Below, in pieces: positions 18,449-26,906 of a stretch of DNA of 64,000 nucleotides. The notes beneath the pieces were generated by a model. That model was given only the letters and a program-made list of their open reading frames with translations. It made no database searches and was not told the DNA's origin. The stretch covers positions 73,212-137,211 of the forward strand of contig JBDRHA010000007.1 of the NCBI GenBank assembly GCA_043817235.1. Reading direction: 5' to 3'. Position numbers and translations under genes: made by a program. The stretch comes from Candidatus Shapirobacteria bacterium (GTDB taxonomy: Bacteria > Patescibacteriota > Microgenomatia > UBA12405 > BS750m-G30). Numbering within the stretch: the stretch's first letter is position 1; each line of letters opens with the position of its first letter.

Positions 18449-19453
18449 GGCAAGCCAGATTACTGCTCCAGAGACAAGCGGAATAAGGAGATTATCATTG
18501 ATCTTTTTCCCCCGTATTTTGGGCTCACTGTATTCTAAGATGGAAGTGGCGGCTGCCCCGGTGAGGGCAATGGGCAAAGAAATAAATTGCAAAGATACCA
18601 AAGCTGTAGCAAAAAGGGCGGCTAAGCTGGCCTCTATTCTTTTCTTTTTAGAATTAAAATAAAATCCCACTAAAGCATTAACCGAGTCGCCGACCGCTAA
18701 ATTGACAATGGCTGCTTGGGCGATATTTTGAGGAAAAAGAAGAAAGGCCGCAAAACAACTGGCTGTAAATAGGAAACAGCCTTCACCTAAAAAAGGCCGG
18801 GTTTGATCGCGCTCAAAAAAGATAATTAAATTCCTAATTTTTTGCGGCAGCCAAATAGTTGAAGCGAGAGTGATAATAGCCCAGACCAAAAAAAGGACGA
18901 AAAATAATGTTTTATCCAAAATTTGATATTCAATTAAATAAACTAAGGCAAATCCATAGAAAAGATGAACAATTTTTCGGCGCAGATTGCTGGCGTGCGA
19001 AATTTTTTGAACAATTTTTTGCTCGTGGATAATAAAAAAGACCCAAAATATCAGGGTGGCAATTGCAAATCCGCCAATTAAGTCCTGGAAATAATGAAGA
19101 CCCAGATGGGCGCGGGAGAAAGCGATAAGAAAAAGAAAAGCAAAGCCGATCCAGGAGAGGGTAGGTTTTAAAAAAGCCAAGGACCAGGCAAAAAAAGTAG
19201 CTAAAGCAGTATGCAAAGAAGGAAAGGAAAATCCGGAAGGAATATTGGTTTGAACGCCTAAAATGGCCGGATTTTCGACAAAGGGGCGAGAAATGGCGGT
19301 AATTTTTTTAAGAATTTCCACCAGAAAGGTAGTGGCAATTAAAGAGGGGACCAGAAATTTGAAGAATATTTTTCGTTTCTGATAAAAAGAAAAAACTAAA
19401 GGAAATAAAACGAGCGAAACAATCAGCAAATTAGAATTTAAGAATTCAATCAT
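18434..19453 (-). CDS. PAP2 phosphatase fused to a dolichol/phytol-kinase-like (CTP_transf_1-like) domain
   Basis: K......RP, SFPSLH, SRAHLGLHY..D (PAP2); RRKIVH, GDSVNALVG, KKRIEAS, NDNLLIP (polyprenol kinase-like). Confidence 0.75.
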   Translation of the reverse strand: MIEFLNSNLLIVSLVLFPLVFSFYQKRKIFFKFLVPSLIATTFLVEILKKITAISRPFVENPAILGVQTNIPSGFSFPSLHTALATFFAWSLAFLKPTLSWIGFAFLFLIAFSRAHLGLHYFQDLIGGFAIATLIFWVFFIIHEQKIVQKISHASNLRRKIVHLFYGFALVYLIEYQILDKTLFFVLFLVWAIITLASTIWLPQKIRNLIIFFERDQTRPFLGEGCFLFTASCFAAFLLFPQNIAQAAIVNLAVGDSVNALVGFYFNSKKKRIEASLAALFATALVSLQFISLPIALTGAAATSILEYSEPKIRGKKINDNLLIPLVSGAVIWLALNLA

Positions 19454-20129
19454 TTTTGATCTTTACTTTACTCGCCCGCCAGCGGGCAATTTCTTGATGA
19501 TTGCCTGACAAAAGAACCTTAGGCACTTTCCAATCCATAAAATTTTCCGGACGTGTGTAATGAGGAAATTCAAGAATTTTTCCCGCCGCTTCTTTTCTGT
19601 TAGCCCATTTTTTCATTGCCGGAGAAAACGATTCGATTTCTGAAGCTCCTTCTTTTTCCAAGACTCCGGGCAAAAGTCGAGAAATAGCGTCAATTAAAAC
19701 TAAAGCCGGCAATTCTCCACCGGACAAAACATAATTGCCAATAGATATTTCCTTGTCTATTAGGTGTTTTCTAATCCGTTCGTCAATGCCTTCATAATGG
19801 CCGCAAAGAAGAACTAGATGCTTTTCTTTAGATAAATTACTGGCCTTTTTTTGGTTAAATATTTTTCCTTTGGGAGAAAGAAAAATCACTTGAGAATTTT
19901 TCTTTTTTAGTTTTCTTAAAGCATTATAGACGGGCTCAATTCTCAGAATCATTCCTGGGCCGCCGCCGTAAGCAGTGTCATCCACGGTTCCTCGCTTATC
20001 TATTCCCCAGTCTCTTAAATTATGTGCCTTAACTTTTAAAACACCCACTTTTCGGGCTTTTTTAATCATGCTCCAGTCAAAAAAAGAGTCTAAGAATTCT
20101 GGGAAAAGAGTCAAAACATCAACTTTCAT
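19446..20129 (-). CDS. trmD: tRNA (guanine-N1)-methyltransferase
   Basis: LTLFP, VDDTAYGGGPGM, LLCGHYEGIDERI, SIGNYVLSGGE, YTRP, VLLSGNH. Confidence 0.97.
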   Translation of the reverse strand: MKVDVLTLFPEFLDSFFDWSMIKKARKVGVLKVKAHNLRDWGIDKRGTVDDTAYGGGPGMILRIEPVYNALRKLKKKNSQVIFLSPKGKIFNQKKASNLSKEKHLVLLCGHYEGIDERIRKHLIDKEISIGNYVLSGGELPALVLIDAISRLLPGVLEKEGASEIESFSPAMKKWANRKEAAGKILEFPHYTRPENFMDWKVPKVLLSGNHQEIARWRASKVKIKND

Positions 20130-20133
20130 AAAC

Positions 20134-20949
20134 TTATTTTAATGGACTTTTAATATTTTTAAGCTTTGGATTTGTCACCTGTGTATACCGTTGAGTTGTT
20201 CTGATATTTTGGTGCCCGAGAAGCTCCTGAACGTAGCGGACATCTACACCGTTTTCCAGTAAATGAGTAGCAAAAGAGTGCCTAAGCGAATGAAAAGTTG
20301 CGTTCTTTTTTATGTTTGAAGCGTGAAGCGATTTTTCAAAAATTTTCTGAGCTGTTCTTGTGGTTAGTTTTCCGCCTCGCTCGCTGGCAAAAACAAGATC
20401 ATTTTTTGATTTTCCCGCAATCAGATTCCTAAGGTGGTTTGTTAATTTTTTTGGTAATACGCTGATGCGGTCTTTTTGTCCTTTTGCGTGCTTGATATGA
20501 AGAATCATTTCTCCTAAATCCAAATCTTGGATTTTCAAAGCAATAACTTCGCTTACTCGCAAACCTGCTCCATACGCAAGCGATAAAAGAAGCTTATGTT
20601 TTGTATTTGTCAGAGTTTGCAAAATCTTTTCAATCTCGACTCGCGATAGCACCACCGGCAAACTTTTGGGCTTTTTTGCTGAGCGTATTTTAATTTTCTG
20701 TGGATTTTTCACTATATTGCGGTAGTAATATTTGATTGCGTTTAACAACAAATTTCGAGTTTGGAGGGAGACTTTTTTTTGTTCACAATGATGTAAGAAA
20801 TTTCTGATGTTTTCCTGATCAAGCTCTTCAAAATTATCTTTCTTGAAGGTGAAATATTCCTGCAAACTATAAAGATAGCTTTTTATGGTCTTTGGACTGT
20901 AATTGAGAATTTTTAACTCCCGTTTGGTTTTTTCAAGTTGCTCTTGCAT
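20134..20949 (-). CDS. Integron-integrase-like tyrosine recombinase lacking the IntI-specific I2 insertion
   Basis: YSPKTIKSY N-domain, LPVVLS, YGAGLRVSE (R), KGQKDR (K), HSLRHSFATHLLE (HxxR), LLGH, RYT (Y), terminal SPL; only 271 aa. Confidence 0.88.
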   Translation of the reverse strand: MQEQLEKTKRELKILNYSPKTIKSYLYSLQEYFTFKKDNFEELDQENIRNFLHHCEQKKVSLQTRNLLLNAIKYYYRNIVKNPQKIKIRSAKKPKSLPVVLSRVEIEKILQTLTNTKHKLLLSLAYGAGLRVSEVIALKIQDLDLGEMILHIKHAKGQKDRISVLPKKLTNHLRNLIAGKSKNDLVFASERGGKLTTRTAQKIFEKSLHASNIKKNATFHSLRHSFATHLLENGVDVRYVQELLGHQNIRTTQRYTQVTNPKLKNIKSPLK

Positions 20950-21010
20950 AATTAGTAGATCTTAGATAATATTGTCTTAATTTTAATGTGTTTGAGGAAA
21001 GATTATCATA

Positions 21011-21080
21011 ACTTCACATAACATACAAATTATGACTTGAATTATGAAAACACTTCGTATAAAAACGAGTTATATGTAAT
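21011..21080 (+). other. attI-like primary recombination site with upstream accessory repeat
   Basis: ACTTCGTATAA-AAACGAG-TTATATGTAAT (GTT at 21069-21071) between the divergent integrase and first cassette; second arm copy ACTTCACATAA at 21011. Confidence 0.65.
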
Positions 21081-21148
21081 TTGAGTCAGGAACATAAAAA
21101 AATAATGTAGGGGCAAAAATTTATATAGATTGCTAATTCATCAATATT

Positions 21149-22045
21149 ATGGACAAAAAAATCTTAAATCACTACTTACAATTTGGCACATTTACTAATC
21201 CTGGTTGCTATAAAGAATTTCTTCAAAATCTTCCAGATGATGTTAAAGAACTGGGCAACTTAATCAGTCATCAAATCATTCATCGCGTTACTCTCAAAGA
21301 AGGCAACACAAAAGCCAATAGAGATTTGCGTTACGGCGATATGAAAAAGCATCCTTGGCATAGATTAAGATGTGAGGATGATGTGTTGCCTACTGCGGTT
21401 TCAATGATTGCAGAATTATTAAGATTTGATGACCGAGGGTTTTTGCCCGACAGAAAAGTTGAAAATAAAATTGTTGTCACTTGTCGTTTTGTGGCAATAC
21501 TTATGGCATCTATATTGAAATCAAAAAATATTCCTTGCCGAGTGAGGTCTGGATTTGCGCCCTATTTCAATAAATATAGCGGTGACCACTGGATTAATCA
21601 GTATTGGGACAGTAAAAAAGAAAAGTGGATCACCTTTGACGCAGATGGATTTTTTGATAAGTCAATTGGGTTTGACCAATATGATATGCCTGAAAATAAA
21701 TTTGATTGGGCGGCAAATACTTGGCTTGGAATAAGAAACAAAAAATTAGATGCCAACAATTTTAGAAATGCGGACGGTTCTGTCGGGCTTATGCCAGTTC
21801 TTTGGGCAATATTTTACGATTTTCATAGTTTGATGAACAACGAAATTCTTTATAATCAAATGCCCAGTTATATTTATTTCAAATTTGATAAATTAACTGA
21901 AAAAGATTTTGAAGAAATTGATGAATTAGCCAAATTGATGTTAGAACCAGATAAAAACTTTGATGAATTAGTCAAAATCTGGAATACAAAGAAGAAATTC
22001 AGAATTTTGAATGGTCCACTTATTGGTGATAGCGATCACTTTTAG
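21149..22045 (+). CDS. Cassette 1: transglutaminase-like superfamily protein
   Basis: VVTCRF (Cys), RVRSGFA.Y, DHWINQYW (His), FDAD (Asp) triad pattern. Confidence 0.8.
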   Translation: MDKKILNHYLQFGTFTNPGCYKEFLQNLPDDVKELGNLISHQIIHRVTLKEGNTKANRDLRYGDMKKHPWHRLRCEDDVLPTAVSMIAELLRFDDRGFLPDRKVENKIVVTCRFVAILMASILKSKNIPCRVRSGFAPYFNKYSGDHWINQYWDSKKEKWITFDADGFFDKSIGFDQYDMPENKFDWAANTWLGIRNKKLDANNFRNADGSVGLMPVLWAIFYDFHSLMNNEILYNQMPSYIYFKFDKLTEKDFEEIDELAKLMLEPDKNFDELVKIWNTKKKFRILNGPLIGDSDHF

Positions 22046-22154
22046 TGGAAATAAATTTTTGCCCCTTTATTTAATAAAATGTTTCTGACTCAAACTCACT
22101 CCGCTACGCTCCGTGCCACGTTGCGCTCTCCCTACACTTCGTTTCGGTCGGGAC

Positions 22155-22250
22155 ATATAACAAAGATTATGAGGAAAATGGCTCGGCTCGCCATTTTCCC
22201 AAATTTGCTCCACTTCGTTCCGCAAACTTCTCATAATCCTGACGTTAAGT
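22155..22250 (+). other. attC-like site 1
   Basis: ATATAAC-AAA-GATTATGAG ... CTCATAATC-CTGAC-GTTAAGT; ACATATAAC is complementary to the cassette start GTTATATGT. Confidence 0.8.
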
Positions 22251-22305
22251 GAAATAATTTTTAGTGACGATATCTTTTTAAGGGGCAAAAATTTATACTA
22301 CAAAT

Positions 22306-23391
22306 ATGACAAAGTTTATTCTCGGGTTACAACTGTGTGAACAATTTTATAAAGAGGTCGTGAAAGTTCTCATCGAAACAGAGTTTCATGGGCTCAAATA
22401 CTCTGCTGGATTGATTGGGTCTGGTTCGGAGGTTTTTGGTTTTGATACAGAGCGTTCGACCGATCATCATTGGGGTCCGCGTGTCCTGCTTTTTCTTTCT
22501 TCAAAAGACATCAGTAGGAAGAAACAAATTTCTGATTACCTCAGCAACAATCTTCCTCCAACATTTCATGGTTACTCAACACATTTTGGCAATCCTGACG
22601 AAATAGGTGTACAGCTTCTATCCGAGGCAAAAGCAGGACAACCGATCAATCATCGTGTGGAGATTTACACAATTGAATCATTTTTCAAAGAGTATCTGTT
22701 GATTGATCCCAATGATGATCTCACTGCTTCCGATTGGCTCACTCTATCCGAACAGAAACTCCGAACCATACGGAGCGGCAAAATTTTTTACGACCAACTT
22801 GGATTAAAGGCAGTTCAAAATAAACTCCATTATTATCCCAAAGATGTTTGGTTTTATATGCTTGCGTCTGAATGGATGAAAATAAGCCAAGAAGAACCGT
22901 TTGTTGGTCGTACTGGAGATGTGGGTGATGAATTAGGATCAAAAATTATTGCCGCTCGACTTGTGCAATCAATCATGAAACTCTGTTTCTCAATGGAGCA
23001 AGAATACGCACCATACAGCAAGTGGTTTGGTACGGCTTTTTCACGCTTAAAGTGTGCTAAAAAACTTTCGCCGATTTTGGATAAAGTCCTTTCCGCCAAA
23101 GATTGGAAAGAGCGTGAAAAATACCTTTCTCAAGCCTACAAAGTTGTTGCTCAAATGCACAATGATTTGAAACTCACCAAACCACTTGCAACAGAAGTAT
23201 CGAGCTTTCACGACCGACCTTATTTAGTGATTCACGGAGATGTCTTTGCAAACGAACTCAAGAAGAAAATCAAAGACCCTGCTGTCAAAAAGATTTCCGC
23301 TGATATTGGCTCCGTGAATCAATTCTCCAACACAGTTGATCTGCTAGAAAACGATAAACTGATGAAGAAGCTAAAAATTCTATACCGATAA
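22306..23391 (+). CDS. Cassette 2: DUF4037-type, nucleotidyltransferase-like protein
   Basis: GLIGSGSEVFGFD..STDHHWGPR, G.IFYD, YYP.DV, PYSKW. Confidence 0.75.
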   Translation: MTKFILGLQLCEQFYKEVVKVLIETEFHGLKYSAGLIGSGSEVFGFDTERSTDHHWGPRVLLFLSSKDISRKKQISDYLSNNLPPTFHGYSTHFGNPDEIGVQLLSEAKAGQPINHRVEIYTIESFFKEYLLIDPNDDLTASDWLTLSEQKLRTIRSGKIFYDQLGLKAVQNKLHYYPKDVWFYMLASEWMKISQEEPFVGRTGDVGDELGSKIIAARLVQSIMKLCFSMEQEYAPYSKWFGTAFSRLKCAKKLSPILDKVLSAKDWKEREKYLSQAYKVVAQMHNDLKLTKPLATEVSSFHDRPYLVIHGDVFANELKKKIKDPAVKKISADIGSVNQFSNTVDLLENDKLMKKLKILYR

Positions 23392-23475
23392 TTTTTTGCC
23401 CCTTTTTATGGAAGTCACTAAAAATTACTCTCGCCAGCCCTTCGGGACGTTGCACTCTGGCTCGGGCTTCGCCTC

Positions 23476-23589
23476 ACTTAACACAGAATATGCGGTTCTC
23501 TGCATTGCATTTGTTCTCCCAAATCTCTTGACTGATGTAAAATACAGCATATCAGTCGGCGTGACTTCGCCCATACTGGAACGTTATAT
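23476..23589 (+). other. attC-like site 2
   Basis: ACTTAAC-ACA-GAATATGCG ... CGCCCATAC-TGGAAC-GTTATAT; TCACTTAAC is complementary to the cassette start GTTAAGTGA. Confidence 0.75.
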
Positions 23590-23755
23590 GTATCTAGCGG
23601 ATATTCTCAACCGCTACCAATACACGGCAGAAGAGTTTGGCAATGCTTACCTCAAGAAAATGAATCACAATCTTAAGAGGGATTATTCAAAAAGCCAAAC
23701 GCAAATAATCGAGTTTTACTTCTTCGTTCCTCGAGCTCATTCAATTAGTTTTTGA
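23588..23755 (+). pseudogene. Cassette 3a: probable C-terminal fragment of a MazG-like all-alpha NTP pyrophosphatase
   Basis: MYLADILNRYQYTAEEFGNAYLKKMNHNLKRDY resembles MazG-like C-terminal helices; starts within the right arm of attC-like site 2. Confidence 0.4.
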
Positions 23756-23766
23756 GATAATCAATT

Positions 23767-24342
23767 ATGAAATTAGACACTTTTATCATTGGCAATCTAG
23801 AGAAAAACTTTTTGAGAAAGAGAAATAACGCAATGAAAAAATCAAAGGCCGATTTAGTCATGATTTTAAATACGGATATTGAAGTTTCCAATGTCAAGCC
23901 AACACTCAAACTCTTCGAGAAAGACGATAAGCTTTTTGCCGTCACTTTCTCGCCAGAATCTAGCCAATCGAAAATTGTAAAAAACGCTGAATTTGCCAAC
24001 GGTGGTTCTTCAATCTACAGAAGAAAAATTTGGAATAAGATTGGAGGAATAGACTTAATGTATGAGCCTTACTGGTGGGACGACGTTGATTACTCTTACC
24101 AAGCCAAGAAAATGGGTTACAAAATACTTGCTGATGGTAGAGTCAAAGTTGTCAAGAAAAGTGAGCTAGGCACAGACATTTTAGGTCGAAAACCTTATTC
24201 CAAATTTATTTATTACAGGAACCACCTGTTATTTCTCAGAAAAAACAAACCCAAAGAATTTCTCAAAAAATTTAAAAAACCTCTTTATCTTCCTCTACTG
24301 TTACTTGTCGAACTTAGGTTTAGAAAATTTCATAATTGCTAA
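23767..24342 (+). CDS. Cassette 3b: compact or N-truncated GT2-family glycosyltransferase
   Basis: NNAM...ILNTD, NGGSSIYRR..W.KIGG.D..Y.P.WWDDVDYS, YYRNHLLF. Confidence 0.7.
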   Translation: MKLDTFIIGNLEKNFLRKRNNAMKKSKADLVMILNTDIEVSNVKPTLKLFEKDDKLFAVTFSPESSQSKIVKNAEFANGGSSIYRRKIWNKIGGIDLMYEPYWWDDVDYSYQAKKMGYKILADGRVKVVKKSELGTDILGRKPYSKFIYYRNHLLFLRKNKPKEFLKKFKKPLYLPLLLLVELRFRKFHNC

Positions 24343-24435
24343 TTTATTTTAATTGACATTCGCTCTGCGGTACTCGACCCCACTGCGTTTTCAGCCGGAG
24401 AGCAGGGGAACGATTTTACTCTCCTTCTTCAGCTC

Positions 24436-24552
24436 GCACAACACGGCATGTAGGGTTAATGCCTCAGCTCGGCATTCAACCCAAATTATTCTGTCTTGTT
24501 GTAAAATAGTTTAACAAGCCAGTCTAACTTCCTACATACCGAAACGTTGTCG
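24436..24552 (+). other. attC-like site 3
   Basis: GCACAAC-ACG-GCATGTAGG ... CCTACATAC-CGAAAC-GTTGTCG. Confidence 0.8.
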
Positions 24553-24643
24553 GAAATACGTTTTTAATTTTAAGATTTTCTGTTCCGCTTTTTATTAAGA
24601 AATAAAAACATTTTAGGGGGATAGAACAAAAGAAGAGTAAAAC

Positions 24644-24671
24644 TTGAAAATCATTTCACCTGCTGTATAAT
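24644..24671 (+). promoter_or_regulatory. Cassette-internal sigma70-type promoter
   Basis: TTGAAA-16 nt-TATAAT, about 50 nt upstream of the cassette 4 ATG. Confidence 0.5.
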
Positions 24672-24719
24672 ACTGCCAACCTATTATTTTCTGCCCCTTC
24701 GATTTTTACTACAACTATT

Positions 24720-25838
24720 ATGACGCGGGAAATAGAGCCACCTAAAACATTTGAAACTGTCCCCCGACCCAGACCAGACACTTGGACACAGCTCTTTCAA
24801 GACGAAAAAAAATTAGCAGAATTAATGGGGGCATTTAAAGAAGTTACGGGAATTGATTTTTGCAACACTCCGATAAAAGCCTTAGGGAATAGAGTTATAG
24901 TGCCAGAATCGTTGATTACAAGACCAGAAGATATTAGGGGCGGGCCACTTACTGCCCTAGGTATTGTTAGACACATGCTTCTGGGCCATATAGTCATCTC
25001 TCCTTTTGATCCAGAACTGCTTGGTGCCAATGGCTACGATTTTAGAGTGTCTTGTCTACAAGGATATGCAAGAAGAGAAATAATAGAAGGTCTTAAAGAC
25101 AGAATCGGAAAAACCGGTCAAGTAGTTATCTATCATGAAGGATCTCAACCTAGAAGTGAATTCATTATTAATCCTTATAATCCAGATGACGTTGACCACA
25201 TCTGGCATTTAGTCAACGGAACCCAAGTTCAAGACATAAAAAGACAATCTCAAGATGATTGGGCCACTATCATGGGTGAAAATAGAATGGACGCTAGTGA
25301 TTGCCCGATAGATTTAAGAGGTGCACATCCCTTAAATCGTGCCTTTCTTATTCCGGGCCATCAAACTATCTTGTTGCGAACAGAAGAGGTAATTGGAGGA
25401 ATTGGTTGTGTGGTTCCAAAAATGTTGGGAAAATCTTCGAGCAGAAGGTGGGATTTTACTGTATGTGGAGATGCTCAACTTGGTAATTTAAATTGGATCG
25501 GTCATTGGGCCATTGAAGTTCAAAATATTACTGAATACACAAAATTCCTCGTTCACCAAACCCCTCTCGGACAGATGGAATTCACTCTAACAGCTGAAGA
25601 CCTACCCTCAAACTCTTCTTACGCTGGACAATATGCCAGCATCCAAGCAGCAGGAAACAATCTTCAAACTCTTTATTCTAATGTAGAACGGTATAGACAG
25701 AGATATCAAATAAGTGACTTATTACCCAGACCTCTTAGGTCTCCCGGCCCGATAGTAGAAGGGTTGACCCGTGAACAAGCATTCCGCGCTTGGGATAAAG
25801 CAGCAGAGATGTTTGGTACTCCACCAAGACAAAATTAA
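24720..25838 (+). CDS. Cassette 4: divergent dCTP deaminase / trimeric dUTPase-fold protein
   Basis: IVISPFDP..LGANGYDFR, IPGHQTILLRTEE.I, GKSSSRR, W.GHWAIEVQN, LGQMEF, YAGQY. Confidence 0.7.
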   Translation: MTREIEPPKTFETVPRPRPDTWTQLFQDEKKLAELMGAFKEVTGIDFCNTPIKALGNRVIVPESLITRPEDIRGGPLTALGIVRHMLLGHIVISPFDPELLGANGYDFRVSCLQGYARREIIEGLKDRIGKTGQVVIYHEGSQPRSEFIINPYNPDDVDHIWHLVNGTQVQDIKRQSQDDWATIMGENRMDASDCPIDLRGAHPLNRAFLIPGHQTILLRTEEVIGGIGCVVPKMLGKSSSRRWDFTVCGDAQLGNLNWIGHWAIEVQNITEYTKFLVHQTPLGQMEFTLTAEDLPSNSSYAGQYASIQAAGNNLQTLYSNVERYRQRYQISDLLPRPLRSPGPIVEGLTREQAFRAWDKAAEMFGTPPRQN

Positions 25839-26027
25839 AAGCAACTCTTTCAGCTCAAAAAATTCACCCCTCACCTCTCTTTTTTTCGCCGAATTTAAAA
25901 CAAGAGAGAAATAAAAAGCGGAACAGAAAATAGAGAATAAAGAACAAAAACGTACTCCTCGCTTCGCTCGCCCCATTGCATTCTCAACTTTTTTCTTTTA
26001 AAAAAATATAGCAAATAGTTTCGGGTC

Positions 26028-26147
26028 ACCTAACACAGTATGTCCGGCTCATACGGTTGCACCTTTTCGCCCTAATTAAGCAGACATGTTGTAAAATTAA
26101 ACAGCCTAACATGTCCGCTTAACTACGGACATACCGAAACGTTGTCG
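26028..26147 (+). other. attC-like site 4
   Basis: ACCTAAC-ACA-GTATGTCCG ... CGGACATAC-CGAAAC-GTTGTCG. Confidence 0.82.
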
Positions 26148-26196
26148 GAAATCGAAAAACATTTAAAATACATCTATTAAAAATTAAGAAAATTTT

Positions 26197-26742
26197 ATGG
26201 CAGTAAAAATAACTTATTTTGTCCATGGCACCACCACCGATAATCAAAAGGAAATCTCTTCTGGTTGGTCTGATGTTGAGCTTTCTGATTTAGGAGTTAA
26301 ACAATCTATAGATCTCAAAGATCAAATTAAAGATAAAAAGCTTGACGTTGTTTTTTGTTCTGATCTCAAGCGAGCAGTTGATTCCGCCAAGCTTACTTTT
26401 GATGGTGTAGTCAAAATTATCCAGGATAAAAGATTGAGAGAATGTAACTATGGTGTACATAATGCTGGTCTATCTAGTATTGTCGAACCTCTCCAAGAAA
26501 AAAGCATCGTCAAAAGATTTCCTGAAGGCGAAAGTTATGAAGATGTTAAAAAAAGAATTCAAGATTTTCTTAATTTTCTAAAACAAAACTATGATGGCAA
26601 GCATGTTGCCATTGTCGCCCACAAAGCGCCCCAACTTGCTCTGGAAGTTCTTTTGAAAGGCAAGACCTGGGAACAAGCTTTTGCAGACGATTGGCGAAAG
26701 AAAAAAGCTTGGCAACCTGGCTGGGATTTTGTTTTAGAGTAA
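26197..26742 (+). CDS. Cassette 5: histidine phosphatase (PGAM-like) family protein
   Basis: FVHGTTTDN (RHG variant), SDLKRA, LRECNYG, GESY, IVAH. Confidence 0.85.
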   Translation: MAVKITYFVHGTTTDNQKEISSGWSDVELSDLGVKQSIDLKDQIKDKKLDVVFCSDLKRAVDSAKLTFDGVVKIIQDKRLRECNYGVHNAGLSSIVEPLQEKSIVKRFPEGESYEDVKKRIQDFLNFLKQNYDGKHVAIVAHKAPQLALEVLLKGKTWEQAFADDWRKKKAWQPGWDFVLE

Positions 26743-26825
26743 ATGTTTTTCGACTTCTCCTTTCAGTCGACCCCACTGCGTTTTCGTCGTTTTGTTTTTT
26801 AAATTTTAACAAACATCCTTAGGTC

Positions 26826-26890
26826 GTCTAACGCAATATATAGAGCTCGGTTCATTGTCCTCCCTCAAGCCCATATCGCTCATGCTTTTG
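26826..26890 (+). other. Degenerate attC-like site 5
   Basis: GTCTAAC-GCA-ATATATAGAGCT ... AGCCCATATCGC-TCAT-GCT; GCT where GTT is expected. Confidence 0.45.
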
Positions 26891-26906
26891 ATATAATACT
26901 TTAAAG

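Noticed and set aside
20134-20949. Housekeeping XerC/XerD
   Set aside because: The IntI-like N-terminus, LPVVLS and SPL tail, and the divergent cassette array fit an integron-like role better; not fully excluded without a phylogeny.
23396-23587. 5' part of ORF 23396-23755, and ORFs 22067-22288, 25722-25976 and 26570-26812
   Set aside because: They run through att hairpins or cassette repeats, or antisense to real genes; likely chance open frames.
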